Of a stretch of DNA of 64,000 nucleotides, positions 1-9,780 are shown piece by piece. The translations under genes were made by a program, and so were the position numbers. Within the stretch, counting starts at the first letter, position 1, and each line of letters opens with the position of its first letter. The notes under the pieces were generated by a model, which saw nothing but the letters and a program-made list of their open reading frames with translations, was not told the DNA's origin and did no database searches. This DNA is from Candidatus Hydrogenedentota bacterium. GTDB lineage: Bacteria; Hydrogenedentota; Hydrogenedentia; Hydrogenedentales; SLHB01. The DNA is taken from assembly GCA_963668025.2 (NCBI GenBank), contig CAXXTH010000017.1, positions 832,001 to 896,000 on the forward strand, written 5' to 3'.

Positions 1-368
1 GGGCACAAGGGCAGGCACTCGCACACGATGGCTTGCGCGCCACGCGCCTGTAGCGATTCAACGGCCTGGGCATACAATTGCGTTTCCTCACCGCATCCGG
101 CATGTGAGCGAAGCACATGGATATAAGAAATCTGCCCGAAGCCATTCCTCAAGACGGTGATGAGCAGGGCTGCGGCGCGGGGGCCCTCCATGCAAGCCCA
201 GGTTTCGGCGGCGGGAAAATCTACTGTGGCTTCGAGCATGGGATAGGCCTTCCGGCGGTAGGCCTCGCCCGCGGGTTTTCCATAAAGCCCCGCTAAGCCT
301 TCTGCAATCTCATCAATGAAGCTTTCGCAATTCTCCGGAAGCGTGTGAATTCTCTTTACTGCATACAT
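1..368 (-). CDS. Probable GNAT-family N-acetyltransferase (partial, runs off window start)
   Basis: Hand translation from ATG 368: MYAVKRIHTLPENC...GFGQISYIHVLRSHAGCGEETQLYAQAVESLQARGAQAIVCEC, open to position 1. The 'hV..HAGCG' segment resembles GNAT motif A. Not in the ORF track. Confidence 0.55.
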   Translation of the reverse strand, partial: MYAVKRIHTLPENCESFIDEIAEGLAGLYGKPAGEAYRRKAYPMLEATVDFPAAETWACMEGPRAAALLITVLRNGFGQISYIHVLRSHAGCGEETQLYAQAVESLQARGAQAIVCECLPLC

Positions 369-459
369 AAGCGCGCCCCTTAGATTGAATGCATGGTATC
401 TTCCTGGCCGCTTCACAGGCAAATTGTTGAAAGTGCGCATGGAAACGAGAAGAACGGCA

Positions 460-504
460 TTGACGGGATGGCCAGCGCCTTCATATAATTAGGGAGACTA
501 ATTA
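460..504 (+). promoter_or_regulatory. Sigma70 promoter with overlapping MarR-type operator
   Basis: TTGACG(460-465)-N18-TATAAT(484-489). Perfect inverted repeat TAATTAG-N5-CTAATTA (486-504) overlaps the -10, just upstream of a MarR gene. Confidence 0.65.
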
Positions 505-521
505 AAAGGCAAACTAATGAT

Positions 522-1019
522 TTGGAGCGCACGGTTGTGAGACAGGATTCAGTGGAACAGGCGCGGCTGCTTTTCGAGACTTCAGAGCTGCTTCGAGATT
601 TTGTGGTGCGCAAACATATGGCGCACATGCGGGCGAATGGGGAGCCGGAAATTGATATAACGGTGCCGCAGATGCATGCCTTGCACATTATCCGTACACA
701 AAAAAAAGTGAGCATAAAAGAACTAGCGGCGGCGGCGAATGTGTCCGCGCCTTCGGCTTCGGCAATGGTGGACCGTCTCCTAGAGATGGGCATGGTGTCG
801 CGGGAGCCTAATCCAGCAGATCGCCGTGAGGTCGTGGTGCGTCTTACCGATGAATCAAAGGCCATCATAATGGAAATCGAGCAGCATGTGCTGGGTTCGC
901 TTGCGGATTTATTCGTGGAAATTGGGCCAGAATATACCAGACTGTGGCAGCAGGTTTATGGGAAAATCCATGGTGTATTGTCGGAAAAGCTACGTTCGAG
1001 GATAGCGGGAAATGATTGA
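522..1019 (+). CDS. MarR-family transcriptional regulator
   Basis: ITVPQMHAL...SIKELAAAANVSAPSASAMVDRLLEMGMVSREPNPADRREVVVRLT: winged HTH with the DRR motif. First gene of an efflux operon. Confidence 0.9.
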   Translation: MERTVVRQDSVEQARLLFETSELLRDFVVRKHMAHMRANGEPEIDITVPQMHALHIIRTQKKVSIKELAAAANVSAPSASAMVDRLLEMGMVSREPNPADRREVVVRLTDESKAIIMEIEQHVLGSLADLFVEIGPEYTRLWQQVYGKIHGVLSEKLRSRIAGND

Positions 1020-1099
1020 ATGGCGCTCAGTGCGCAGGCCGTAAGGGGAGCTATGTGTCGGCATAACAAGGCTGCCTGTTCAAGGAAGCGGAGTCGTTT

Positions 1100-2452
1100 A
1101 TGAAAGCATTGTTTAAAAAGATCCTGACGCGCATCGAGCTCGTGGTGGCTTGTGTGCTGGTTCTGGTGGGGGGCGTTGCCGCCCTGGTGCTAATGCCGCT
1201 GCTCAAACAAGAGCCCCCGAAGGCGAAGAGTGCTGAGCAGGCGATTTTTGTGGAGGCCGTGGCCGTCCAGCCAGAAGATGTGCCGGTGGTTCTCAAGGGA
1301 TATGGGGAAGTGCGCGTTAGGAACCAAGTAAGCATCACGCCGGAGGTGCCGGGGCGTATAGCGGAGGTGCATCCCCGCATGGATGTGGGCGAGGTGATAC
1401 CGAAAGGAGAGGTCCTGTTCCGCATCGAGCCAGGCACATATGAGGCCCAGCTTGCGGATTCCACGGCGGCGGCGCGGCAATTGGCGGATAGCGTCCACCG
1501 CCTGGAAGTGCAATACGCCGCGGACCAGGCGCGTTTGGAAACGATGCAACGCACCTGCGAATTGTCGAAGAATGAATTTGAGCGGGCAAAAAGCCTTTTC
1601 GAGAAAGACGAGGTAGGAACAAAGTCAGGGGTCGAGCAGGCCGAGCAGGCATATAACAGCACCAAAGACGCCGTGGACCAGATGGAGAGCCAATTAAAGG
1701 TGTATCCGATTCAGATCGCGGAGGCGAAGAGTTCGAGCGCCGCCGCCGAGGCGCGGATACAGCTCAATGCGCTGAATCTCGAGCGCACCGTGGTGGTGGC
1801 TCCATTTGATGCGCGGATTGTGTCGCAAAGTGTGGAGGCTGGGCAGTATGTGTCGCCTGGCGCGCCTGTGCTCGAGTTGGCGGATGATTCGCTGCTCGAG
1901 ATATCCACGCCGCTGAATAGTAAAGAAGCGAGGAACTGGCTCGATTTCGGAGGGCAAAACGAGAATGATGCGGCGTGGTTCCAGCATCTAACGCCGCTCG
2001 AGTGTACGGTTCAGTGGACGGAAGATCCGGGCCATCATTGGAAGGGAACGCTGCACCGGGTTGAAAAAGTGGATGAGAACACCCGGACCATCTACGTCGC
2101 GGTGCGCATCGAAGGCGCGCATGCCTTGGCGGCTGAAGGCGATGGATTGCCCCTGGTGGCGGGGATGTTCTGCGAAGTGGGTATTCCAGGAAAAACACTG
2201 AAACAAGCCTACCGGCTGCCGCGCACGGCGGTGAGCTTTGAAGGCACGGTGCATTTGGTGGTGTCGAGTGGCGAAGGAGAAACCCGCCTGAAGACAGCGC
2301 CCGTCACACTGGCGTATGAGGAAGGCGGCATGGCTTATGTCAGCGAAGGCTTATCGCCTGGGGACAAGGTTATTACGACGCGCCTGGTGAATCCGCTCGA
2401 GAACGCCCTCGTTCAAATAAAAACCAAAGATGCCGGGGAGGCGGCCTCATGA
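1100..2452 (+). CDS. RND efflux periplasmic adaptor (membrane fusion protein)
   Basis: N-terminal TM, lipoyl halves (ITPEVPGRI...GEVLFRI; VVAPFDARI...GQYVSPG) and a coiled-coil hairpin. ATGA overlap with the RND gene. Confidence 0.9.
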   Translation: MKALFKKILTRIELVVACVLVLVGGVAALVLMPLLKQEPPKAKSAEQAIFVEAVAVQPEDVPVVLKGYGEVRVRNQVSITPEVPGRIAEVHPRMDVGEVIPKGEVLFRIEPGTYEAQLADSTAAARQLADSVHRLEVQYAADQARLETMQRTCELSKNEFERAKSLFEKDEVGTKSGVEQAEQAYNSTKDAVDQMESQLKVYPIQIAEAKSSSAAAEARIQLNALNLERTVVVAPFDARIVSQSVEAGQYVSPGAPVLELADDSLLEISTPLNSKEARNWLDFGGQNENDAAWFQHLTPLECTVQWTEDPGHHWKGTLHRVEKVDENTRTIYVAVRIEGAHALAAEGDGLPLVAGMFCEVGIPGKTLKQAYRLPRTAVSFEGTVHLVVSSGEGETRLKTAPVTLAYEEGGMAYVSEGLSPGDKVITTRLVNPLENALVQIKTKDAGEAAS

Positions 2453-5400
2453 GGCAATTATTGGCCGCATTCGCGCGTAATACGGTATTTGCGAACATTT
2501 TAACGCTTGCGGCGCTATTAACCGGCGTAGCGGCATCGGTGAATATGGTTCGCGAGATGTTCCCCGAGATGAGTATCGACATGGTCACCGTTAGCGTGGT
2601 GTATCCGGGCGCTGACCCAGAAGAGGTCGAGGAAGGCATTTGCCGGAAAATAGAAGAGGCGATTGATGGGCTCGAGGGAATCAAGAAGTATACGACGACC
2701 TCCCAGGAAAATATGGGTTCGGCTGTCATCGAACTGGTCGAGGGCTTTGATGCCCGCAAGGCGAAAGACGACATCAAAACCCGCATTGATGCGATTTCGA
2801 CGTTTCCCGTGGATGCGGAGCGGCCCATCGTCAACGAAGTGACTTATAGGCAGGAAGTGCTCTCGCTGGCCCTTTCCGGCCCGCTGGAAGAGCGGACCAT
2901 GAAGGAATGGGCGGAAAAGGTCAAGGATGAGATCCGCAATCTGCCCGGCGTGACGCAGGCGACGGTGAATGGCACGCGGGATTACGAGATCTCCATCGAG
3001 GTGTCTGAAGAACGGCTGCGGGAGTATGGCCTCACCTTTGATCAAGTGGCGAATGCCGTCCGGACAAGCAACCTGAATCAAGCGGGTGGAACGGTGCGCA
3101 CGAAAGGGGAGGAAATCCGCCTGCGCACGATGGGCCGGAAATACTGGGGCAACGAATTCGAGAATATCGTGCTGCTGGCGAAACCCACGGGCGAGGTCAT
3201 CCGGCTTGGGCAAATCGCCACGGTGAAAGACGGATTCATTGAGGAACCGCTTATGTCGCGGTTTAATGGCGAGCCCGCCGCCCTGGTGACTGTAGCGAAA
3301 ACCTCCGAAGAAGACGCCATCGACATATCGAATAAAGTTAAGGCGTATGTGGCGAAGAAACAGCAGGCGCTTCCACCGGGGCTGCATATTTCCGTGTTAA
3401 ATGACATGTCCACGATGATCCAGGATCGTATCGATTTATTACTGAGCAATGGGCGGTTCGGCCTCACGATTGTGTTCATCTTATTATGGTTGTTTCTCGA
3501 TTTGCGGCTCAGTTTCTGGGCGGCGATGGGGATCCCCATATCGCTTTCGGGCGGATTGGCGATCATGTGGCTGCTGGGCGGCACGCTCAACATGATCTCG
3601 CTATTCGGGCTTATCATGGTGCTGGGCATCGTCGTGGATGACGCCATCGTGGTGGGCGAGGCGATATATGTACACCGGAAAAAGCGGCAAGAGCGCCCTG
3701 GCCGCCGCCGTGGATGGCGTGATGGAAGTGGGAATGCCCGTCGTAGGAGCGGTGACCACGACGCTGGTGGCGTTTGTGCCGCTCATGTTCGTCGGGGGCA
3801 TCATGGGCAAGTTCATCCGGATTTTGCCCATAGCAGTGATCAGTGCGCTCTCGATTTCATTGTTAGAATGCCTATTCATGCTGCCCTCACACTTAAGCCA
3901 TCTGCCAGATCCAAACGCCCCGAGCTGGCTCCAGCGGCATGATTCCAAATGGAGCGGGCATTACTTGCTTGCTCCGTTCCGTTTCTTGAGTGCGTTCCGG
4001 GAGCGCGTGAGCGGGGGTATGGATTGGTTCATCGAGCACATGTATATGCCGTTCTTGAGGCGGGTGATTCGCGTCCGGTATCTCTCCATGTGTGTCGCTA
4101 TTGCGGTGTTCTTGTTTACGATCAGCTTAATCAGCGCGGGATATGTGAAGTTTGTGCTTTTTTCGGATGTGGACGGCGATATGCTGACGGCCACCATCGA
4201 GTTTCCTAACGGCACGCCAATAGAGAAGACGGAACAAGCCGTACTGCGGCTGGAAGATGCGATTCACAAGGTGGCCGAAAAGGCCAAAACCGCCAGCGGC
4301 GAGCCGTTGCTTACAAACCTATATAGCGTCGTGGGCGGCATTATCAGCGATGATCCCTTTGCGGGCGGAGGCTCGGGAACGCCGTATAAAGGCTCCGTCC
4401 GGGCGCAATTGCTGGAATCGCAATTCCGGGGATTATCCTCGGAAGCCCTTAAATACGAATGGGAGCGCGAGACGGGCGACATACCGGGCGTGGTGTCGTT
4501 TACCATAGAAGGCCAAGGCGGAGGCCCCCCGGGCAAGCCCATCGAGGTTTGGGTGCAAGGCCAGGATATGAATACGATTCTCGCGGCTGCGGACGAATTG
4601 AAAGTGCATTTGGCCCAGTATACGGGCGTTTCCCAGATTGAGACCGATTTTCGCCCCGGTAAAAATGAGATTAAGTTTGAGCTGAAGCCGGAAGCGCATA
4701 CGTTGGGCATCACGGTGTCGGATCTGGCGCAGCAAGTCTACTCGGGATTTTATGGAGAAGAGGCGCTGCGGCTCCAGCGCGGGCGCGATGATGTCCGTGT
4801 GCGCGTGCGGTATCCCTTGGATGAACGGAAAACGCTGGCCGATCTCGAGCAGGTGCGCATACGCACGCCACAAGGCTATGAAGTCCCGCTACAGACCGTG
4901 GCGTCGGCGTCGTATGGCCCAGGCTATGCCAGCATCATCCGCACGAATGCCATGCGCCGGGTAGCCGTGACGGCGGATGTGGATAAGGAACGTGCGAATA
5001 CGAATGAGGTGATCGCGGACTTGCAGGAGAATTATTTCGATACGCTCATTTCCCATTATCCGGGATTGTCCGTATCGGTTGAAGGGTCCCAACGCGATAC
5101 GACTGAATCACTCAACTCTTTATATATAGGATTTCCGCTGGCGCTGGTAGGCATATTCGTGATCATCGCCACAATCTTCCGCTCCTACATGCAGCCGTTT
5201 ATTATCATGTTCACGGTGCCCTTTGGCATCATCGGCGCGATCTTCGCGCATCTGCTGATGGGGTATGATGTCACGATGATGAGCCTGTTCGGCATCGTGG
5301 CGCTGGCGGGCGTGGTGGTTAATGACGCCATTGTGCTGATCGAGTGCGTAAATGATTATTTGGCTGAAGGCGCTCCATTTTATAAGGCCATCGAACTTGG

Positions 5401-5740
5401 CGGCACCCGGCGGTTCCGGGCGATTTTTTTGACATCTGTGACGACCGTAGGCGGGCTTGTTTCGCTCATATTCGCCAAAGACATGCAGGCGAAATTCTTG
5501 GTGCCCATGGCGCTGTCCCTTGCAGCCGGCGTGGGCTTCGCCACCATCCTTACCTTGTTATTGATCCCATGCCTGATGGGCATCCTAAATGATTTCCGCC
5601 GCATTGCCCGGCGCATGATCTCTGGCGTGTGGCTGGCCCCGGAAGAAGTCGAACCCGCACGGTTCCGTAATGATGAATTGCTCAGTCTAGACTCCGCGCC
5701 ACAGCCGGAAAAGCCAGCGGCGGCGCTGGATTCGGATTAA
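2449..5740 (+). CDS. RND efflux permease (AcrB/AcrD/AcrF family), frameshifted near 3680
   Basis: ORFs 2449..3942 and 3638..5740 are the two halves (GIVVDDAIVV; GVVVNDAIVLI; RFRAIFLTSVTT). Removing one A from the A5 run at 3679-3683 joins them as ...YVHRKSGKSALAAA... Confidence 0.88.
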
Positions 5741-5754
5741 AGGAGAAGCATGCC

Positions 5755-7227
5755 ATGCACTCAATCATGTTGGCGGTGATTCTGTCTTCGCTGGCGGCCG
5801 CCCAGGCGGAAGAGCCAGCGGGTATTCCCGCCGTGCTAGACCTTGCCACGGCGCAGCAGATCGCCCTGCGGGACAATCCTTCACTGCAAGCCGCAGCGGA
5901 ACGCGTGGCGCAGGCCCGGGAGCGGATCAAGCAAGCGCGGTCCGCTTATTTTCCTATGGTGGATGCCACGGCAAGCGCGTCGAATACGTGGCTGAGCGAT
6001 AACAGCTTGGATAGTGCGCGCGGTGAGGCGTTTCGAGGTGCGCTCCAGAGCGGCGCGGCCACGGCCAGCCTATCGCCTACAGGCGGAGCCGCCGAGCTTC
6101 CTTTGTTGACAGTATTTGGAAACTATGCGGGAGCCTATGCGGACGCCATGAAGGCGCATGCGGCGGTGGATAATGATTATAGCAGCTATAACGCCGCCGT
6201 GACGGCGCAATGGCTGCTGTTTGATGGTTTCGAGCGCAAGTTTAAGTATGCGGCTGCGAAGTTCAATTCCCAGGAATTCGAGGCAGCCTATGACGAGTCG
6301 CGCCGCTTGTTGCTGTCGGCGGTGGCGTCGAGTTATTACTCGGCAGCGCTGGCGCGCGAAAACATCACCATTGCCGAGGCGGATGAAGCATTTAACGCGC
6401 GGCAGCTCAAGGATGCCAATGCCCGGCGCTCCGTGGGCTCGGGAAGCCTGAGCGATGTGTTGAACTTTGAAGTGCAGGCAAACGCGGCGCGCGCCAGCCG
6501 GATTTCGGCGGAGAACAGCTATGCGTTGTCGCGGCTCGGGCTGGCAAGCCTATTGGGGCTGCCGGAAGGCGCGTTGCCAGCAGAAACCGAGATCGCCCCG
6601 CTGCCGGAAGAATGCCTGGAGGAAATGCAGGAGCCCCAGGCGGAAGAACGAATCAGTTATGCGCTCGAACACCGGCCCGATTTGCATCAGAGCGCGTATG
6701 CCGTCGAGCGCGCCGATGCCACCGTGAAAGCAAGTCGCGCACCGTTCTATCCAACCGTGAGCGTATCGCTGTCGCAAGCGGCCTCCACGACGGAGCGGAA
6801 ACCCGATATGAATGATTTCGCCACCTCAGTGGGATTGAATGTAAGCTATTCGCTGTATGCGGGCGGGCGAAATAAAGCGCTGTTGATGGAGGCGAAGTCC
6901 GCCAAGAGGGAAGCGGAATTCCAATGGAGCGATGCGCAAATCGGCGTGGTGTCCGATGTGCGCCAGCAAATCGAGAATGTCCTGGCGGCCCAGAAGCAGC
7001 TCGCGCTTCAACGGGCCAATGCCGTTTTTGTCCAGAAAAACCGGGATTTGGTCGAGAAGGAATACAACGCGGGCCAAACATCGCTCGTGCGGCTCAACGA
7101 AGCCCAGCGCGACTTGACATCCGCCCAGGGGCAGCTTGCCCAAGCCCGCGTGGCGCTGCGCCAGGCGTGGCATGATCTGCGCACGGCCATGGGCGCTACG
7201 CTCGAAACATGCACGGAGGAAAATTAA
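5755..7227 (+). CDS. TolC-family outer membrane efflux protein
   Basis: Signal peptide, 'AQQIALRDNPSL', 'ALEHRPDL', two OEP repeats. Directly downstream of the RND permease. Confidence 0.88.
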   Translation: MHSIMLAVILSSLAAAQAEEPAGIPAVLDLATAQQIALRDNPSLQAAAERVAQARERIKQARSAYFPMVDATASASNTWLSDNSLDSARGEAFRGALQSGAATASLSPTGGAAELPLLTVFGNYAGAYADAMKAHAAVDNDYSSYNAAVTAQWLLFDGFERKFKYAAAKFNSQEFEAAYDESRRLLLSAVASSYYSAALARENITIAEADEAFNARQLKDANARRSVGSGSLSDVLNFEVQANAARASRISAENSYALSRLGLASLLGLPEGALPAETEIAPLPEECLEEMQEPQAEERISYALEHRPDLHQSAYAVERADATVKASRAPFYPTVSVSLSQAASTTERKPDMNDFATSVGLNVSYSLYAGGRNKALLMEAKSAKREAEFQWSDAQIGVVSDVRQQIENVLAAQKQLALQRANAVFVQKNRDLVEKEYNAGQTSLVRLNEAQRDLTSAQGQLAQARVALRQAWHDLRTAMGATLETCTEEN

Positions 7228-7230
7228 TTC

Positions 7231-8025
7231 ATGGATGACCGCGAGACAGGACGCTATTGGGAACGCAACGCGGAGACGTGGGCTCCGCTGGCCCGCATGG
7301 GCTGTGATGTGTACCGCGACGCCTGCAATACGCCGGGATTCATGGCGATGCTGCCGGATGTGGCGGGACTCGATGGGCTGGATATCGGCTGCGGCGAAGG
7401 ATATAACACACGGATGGCGGCGCGCCGGGGCGTGCGTATGACGGCGCTGGATATCGCTTCCACGTTTTTGGGATACGCCCGCCAGGGTGAATGCGAGACG
7501 CCGCTAGGCATCCGCTTCTTGCGCGGCAGCGGATTGGCATTGCCTTTCGCGGATGGCTCGTTTGATTTCGCCATGGCTACCATGAGCCTGATGGACATGC
7601 CCGGCCACGCCTCGGTGTTCGCCGAAGTGCGGCGCGTGCTGCGCCCGGACGGATTCTTCCAATTCTCGATCTGCCATCCGTGTTTCACTACCACTCGATG
7701 GAAATGGGTTACCGATGAAGAAGGCCGCCGGGTGGCGCTTGAGTGCGGCGATTATTTTACACGCCGGAATGGTGAATTGACGGAACTCTGGATGTTCGGC
7801 TCCGCGCCGGAGGAATACCGGACGCGCGTGCCGCATTTTGAAATACCGACCTTTTCCCGGCCTATCAGCGAATGGCTGAACATGCTGCTCGATGCCGGTT
7901 TCGCCATCGAACGCTTGGGCGAACCATATCCCAGCGATGAGGCCCTGGCGGCGCATCCAGAAATATATGACGCCCGAATCATCGCCTATTTTTTACACAT
8001 CCGCTGCCGCAAAAACGGAAGATAG
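7231..8025 (+). CDS. Class I SAM-dependent methyltransferase
   Basis: LDIGCGEG motif I, LPFADGSFD, RVLRPDG. Confidence 0.85.
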   Translation: MDDRETGRYWERNAETWAPLARMGCDVYRDACNTPGFMAMLPDVAGLDGLDIGCGEGYNTRMAARRGVRMTALDIASTFLGYARQGECETPLGIRFLRGSGLALPFADGSFDFAMATMSLMDMPGHASVFAEVRRVLRPDGFFQFSICHPCFTTTRWKWVTDEEGRRVALECGDYFTRRNGELTELWMFGSAPEEYRTRVPHFEIPTFSRPISEWLNMLLDAGFAIERLGEPYPSDEALAAHPEIYDARIIAYFLHIRCRKNGR

Positions 8026-8390
8026 CGGAAAACTCCTATTCTCGCAGCACAACAAATTCGACAGCTCGCGTTCGTGTTACTACCATGCAAAACGTTGCTT
8101 TTTGCGAATATTTACATGGTAACCAGCGCGTTGCCTCGCAAACGCACCCACATATCAGAGCAAAAGAGGAATTTACTTAACAACAAAATCATACTAATGC
8201 TATATTCTATTTCTTTGTAATTGGTGTGGCGCTAAAAACCAGAAAGTAATGAGGCTCAAAATTCGTAATAAAGTGAGCAAAGCGTTCACAAAACTCCTAC
8301 CAATAACTCTATCTCATTAATAGATACTCTCCTTTTATGTCTTTTAAAAACAAGCACTTAGGAAAGCCTTTCGAATGCGGAAAAAGGCCA

Positions 8391-8419
8391 TTGACAAAAG
8401 CGTGAATTAATGACACAAT
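8391..8419 (+). promoter_or_regulatory. Sigma70-type promoter of the DUF1559/glycoside hydrolase locus
   Basis: TTGACA(8391-8396)-N17-CACAAT(8414-8419) in an AT-rich intergenic region. Confidence 0.5.
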
Positions 8420-8564
8420 AAATTTAGCTTATTGAACATTTCTTTTCTCGGCTTTTTTCTGGAACTGCGATATCACGTATTTCGGAAATGGATCATATCT
8501 CGCGGACCAGTTCTTCATGGGTTGGGGGTAAGTGGGCAATACAAACCATAGGAGGAGGCCAGTA

Positions 8565-9599
8565 ATGAAGTCTGAAAGACAGGGGTTCACCTTAATTGAG
8601 CTGTTGGTGGTCATCGCCATCATCGCCATCCTGGCGGCGATTCTGCTGCCTGCACTGGCCCGGGCGCGGGAGGCGGCCCGAAGGGCTTCCTGCTCCAGTA
8701 ATCTCAAGCAGTTTGGCATTATCTTTAAAATGTATGCCAATGAAAGCAAGGGGATGATCTATCCGCCCCATGCGCGCTGGTGTTTGGCTAATTATAACCT
8801 GTTTATGGGCTTGCCTTCCGATGATTTGTATCCCGACTATTGGAATGATCCGAATATCATGATCTGCCCATCCGATTCGCGCGCGACAGCGGACAGGTTA
8901 TCGGATTTTCTGCCATCAGGTTCTTTGGAGATTCCAGAGGACATCGAGGAAGCGGTCAAGTCGGTGAACATGAATAGCACGGGAGGGAAAGCGTGCCTCA
9001 ACAGCCTTCTCTCCCATCCCATTTCTTACATTTATACTCCTTACGCCGTTCAAACAAGCGCTGAGTTTTATGTAGTGGCGGTGATGTCCGGGTATATGGC
9101 GAAAGGATTGGGCACGGTTTCCCAGCCAGCGCTAAAAAATGCCGGATGCCCGGCAGCATGGACACTCGTGGGACACTACGAAGATTACGGCGATCTAAAA
9201 CAGGATGCCATAGACTTATTTGATGGCTGGGGCGGCGGCGGTTGGTGCAATAAGGGCAATATAGTGTTCAAACCCATCTACCGCCTTCGCGAAGGCGTCG
9301 AACGGTTCTTCATCACGGATATCAACAATCCAGCGTCGGGCAGTACGGGACAAAGCCAGTTGTTTGTCATGTGGGACGCTTGGGGCCAGATCCTGCAAGG
9401 CGTGGCGTTCCAAGGAGACGGACAGCCAGTAACCCGCTTCAACCACGCACCCGGCGGAAGCAATGTGCTGTACATGGACGGGCATGTCGAGTTCAAGAAA
9501 TACGGAGTGGAACCATTGCCGCCCATCGATCCCAATACGTATCCTGATCTCAGTGGGCAAGTGGGCTCCCTCATGATCACCTGCGGAGGATCTGGTTGA
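8565..9599 (+). CDS. DUF1559 prepilin-type N-terminal cleavage/methylation protein with H-X9-DG C-terminal motif
   Basis: [43 protein letters not shown]; C-terminal [28 protein letters not shown] before ATG 8565. Confidence 0.9.
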   Translation: MKSERQGFTLIELLVVIAIIAILAAILLPALARAREAARRASCSSNLKQFGIIFKMYANESKGMIYPPHARWCLANYNLFMGLPSDDLYPDYWNDPNIMICPSDSRATADRLSDFLPSGSLEIPEDIEEAVKSVNMNSTGGKACLNSLLSHPISYIYTPYAVQTSAEFYVVAVMSGYMAKGLGTVSQPALKNAGCPAAWTLVGHYEDYGDLKQDAIDLFDGWGGGGWCNKGNIVFKPIYRLREGVERFFITDINNPASGSTGQSQLFVMWDAWGQILQGVAFQGDGQPVTRFNHAPGGSNVLYMDGHVEFKKYGVEPLPPIDPNTYPDLSGQVGSLMITCGGSG

Positions 9600-9645
9600 T
9601 GGGGTTTGTTCCATCTTACGTTGATAGTCGTGTTTGTTCGTTTCG

Positions 9646-9722
9646 GTAGGGGCGCGTTGCACGCGCCCTTCCTGTTTGACACCGGTATGCCTCCATTGAC
9701 GGTGGGGCAAGCCCCACCCTAC
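9646..9722. repeat. REP pair (GTAG-type, family B)
   Basis: GTAGGGGCGCGTTGCACGCGCCC (9646-9668) and inverted GGTGGGGCAAGCCCCACCCTAC (9701-9722). The latter recurs exactly at 33094-33115 and in degenerate form at ~43724-43743. Confidence 0.7.
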
Positions 9723-9780
9723 AATTTTTAGTGTGTTTCGAGGTCAACAACATCCGTCGCTGACGAGCAAGGAAATAAAT

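Noticed and set aside
3679-3683. Programmed frameshift or phase variation in the RND gene
   Set aside because: The run is only A5, with no slippery heptamer or stimulatory structure seen. Same signature as the other probable sequencing indels.
8440-8520. Possible structured leader or riboswitch before the DUF1559 gene
   Set aside because: Only a short imperfect pairing (GAACTG/CAGTTC); no recognisable riboswitch consensus.
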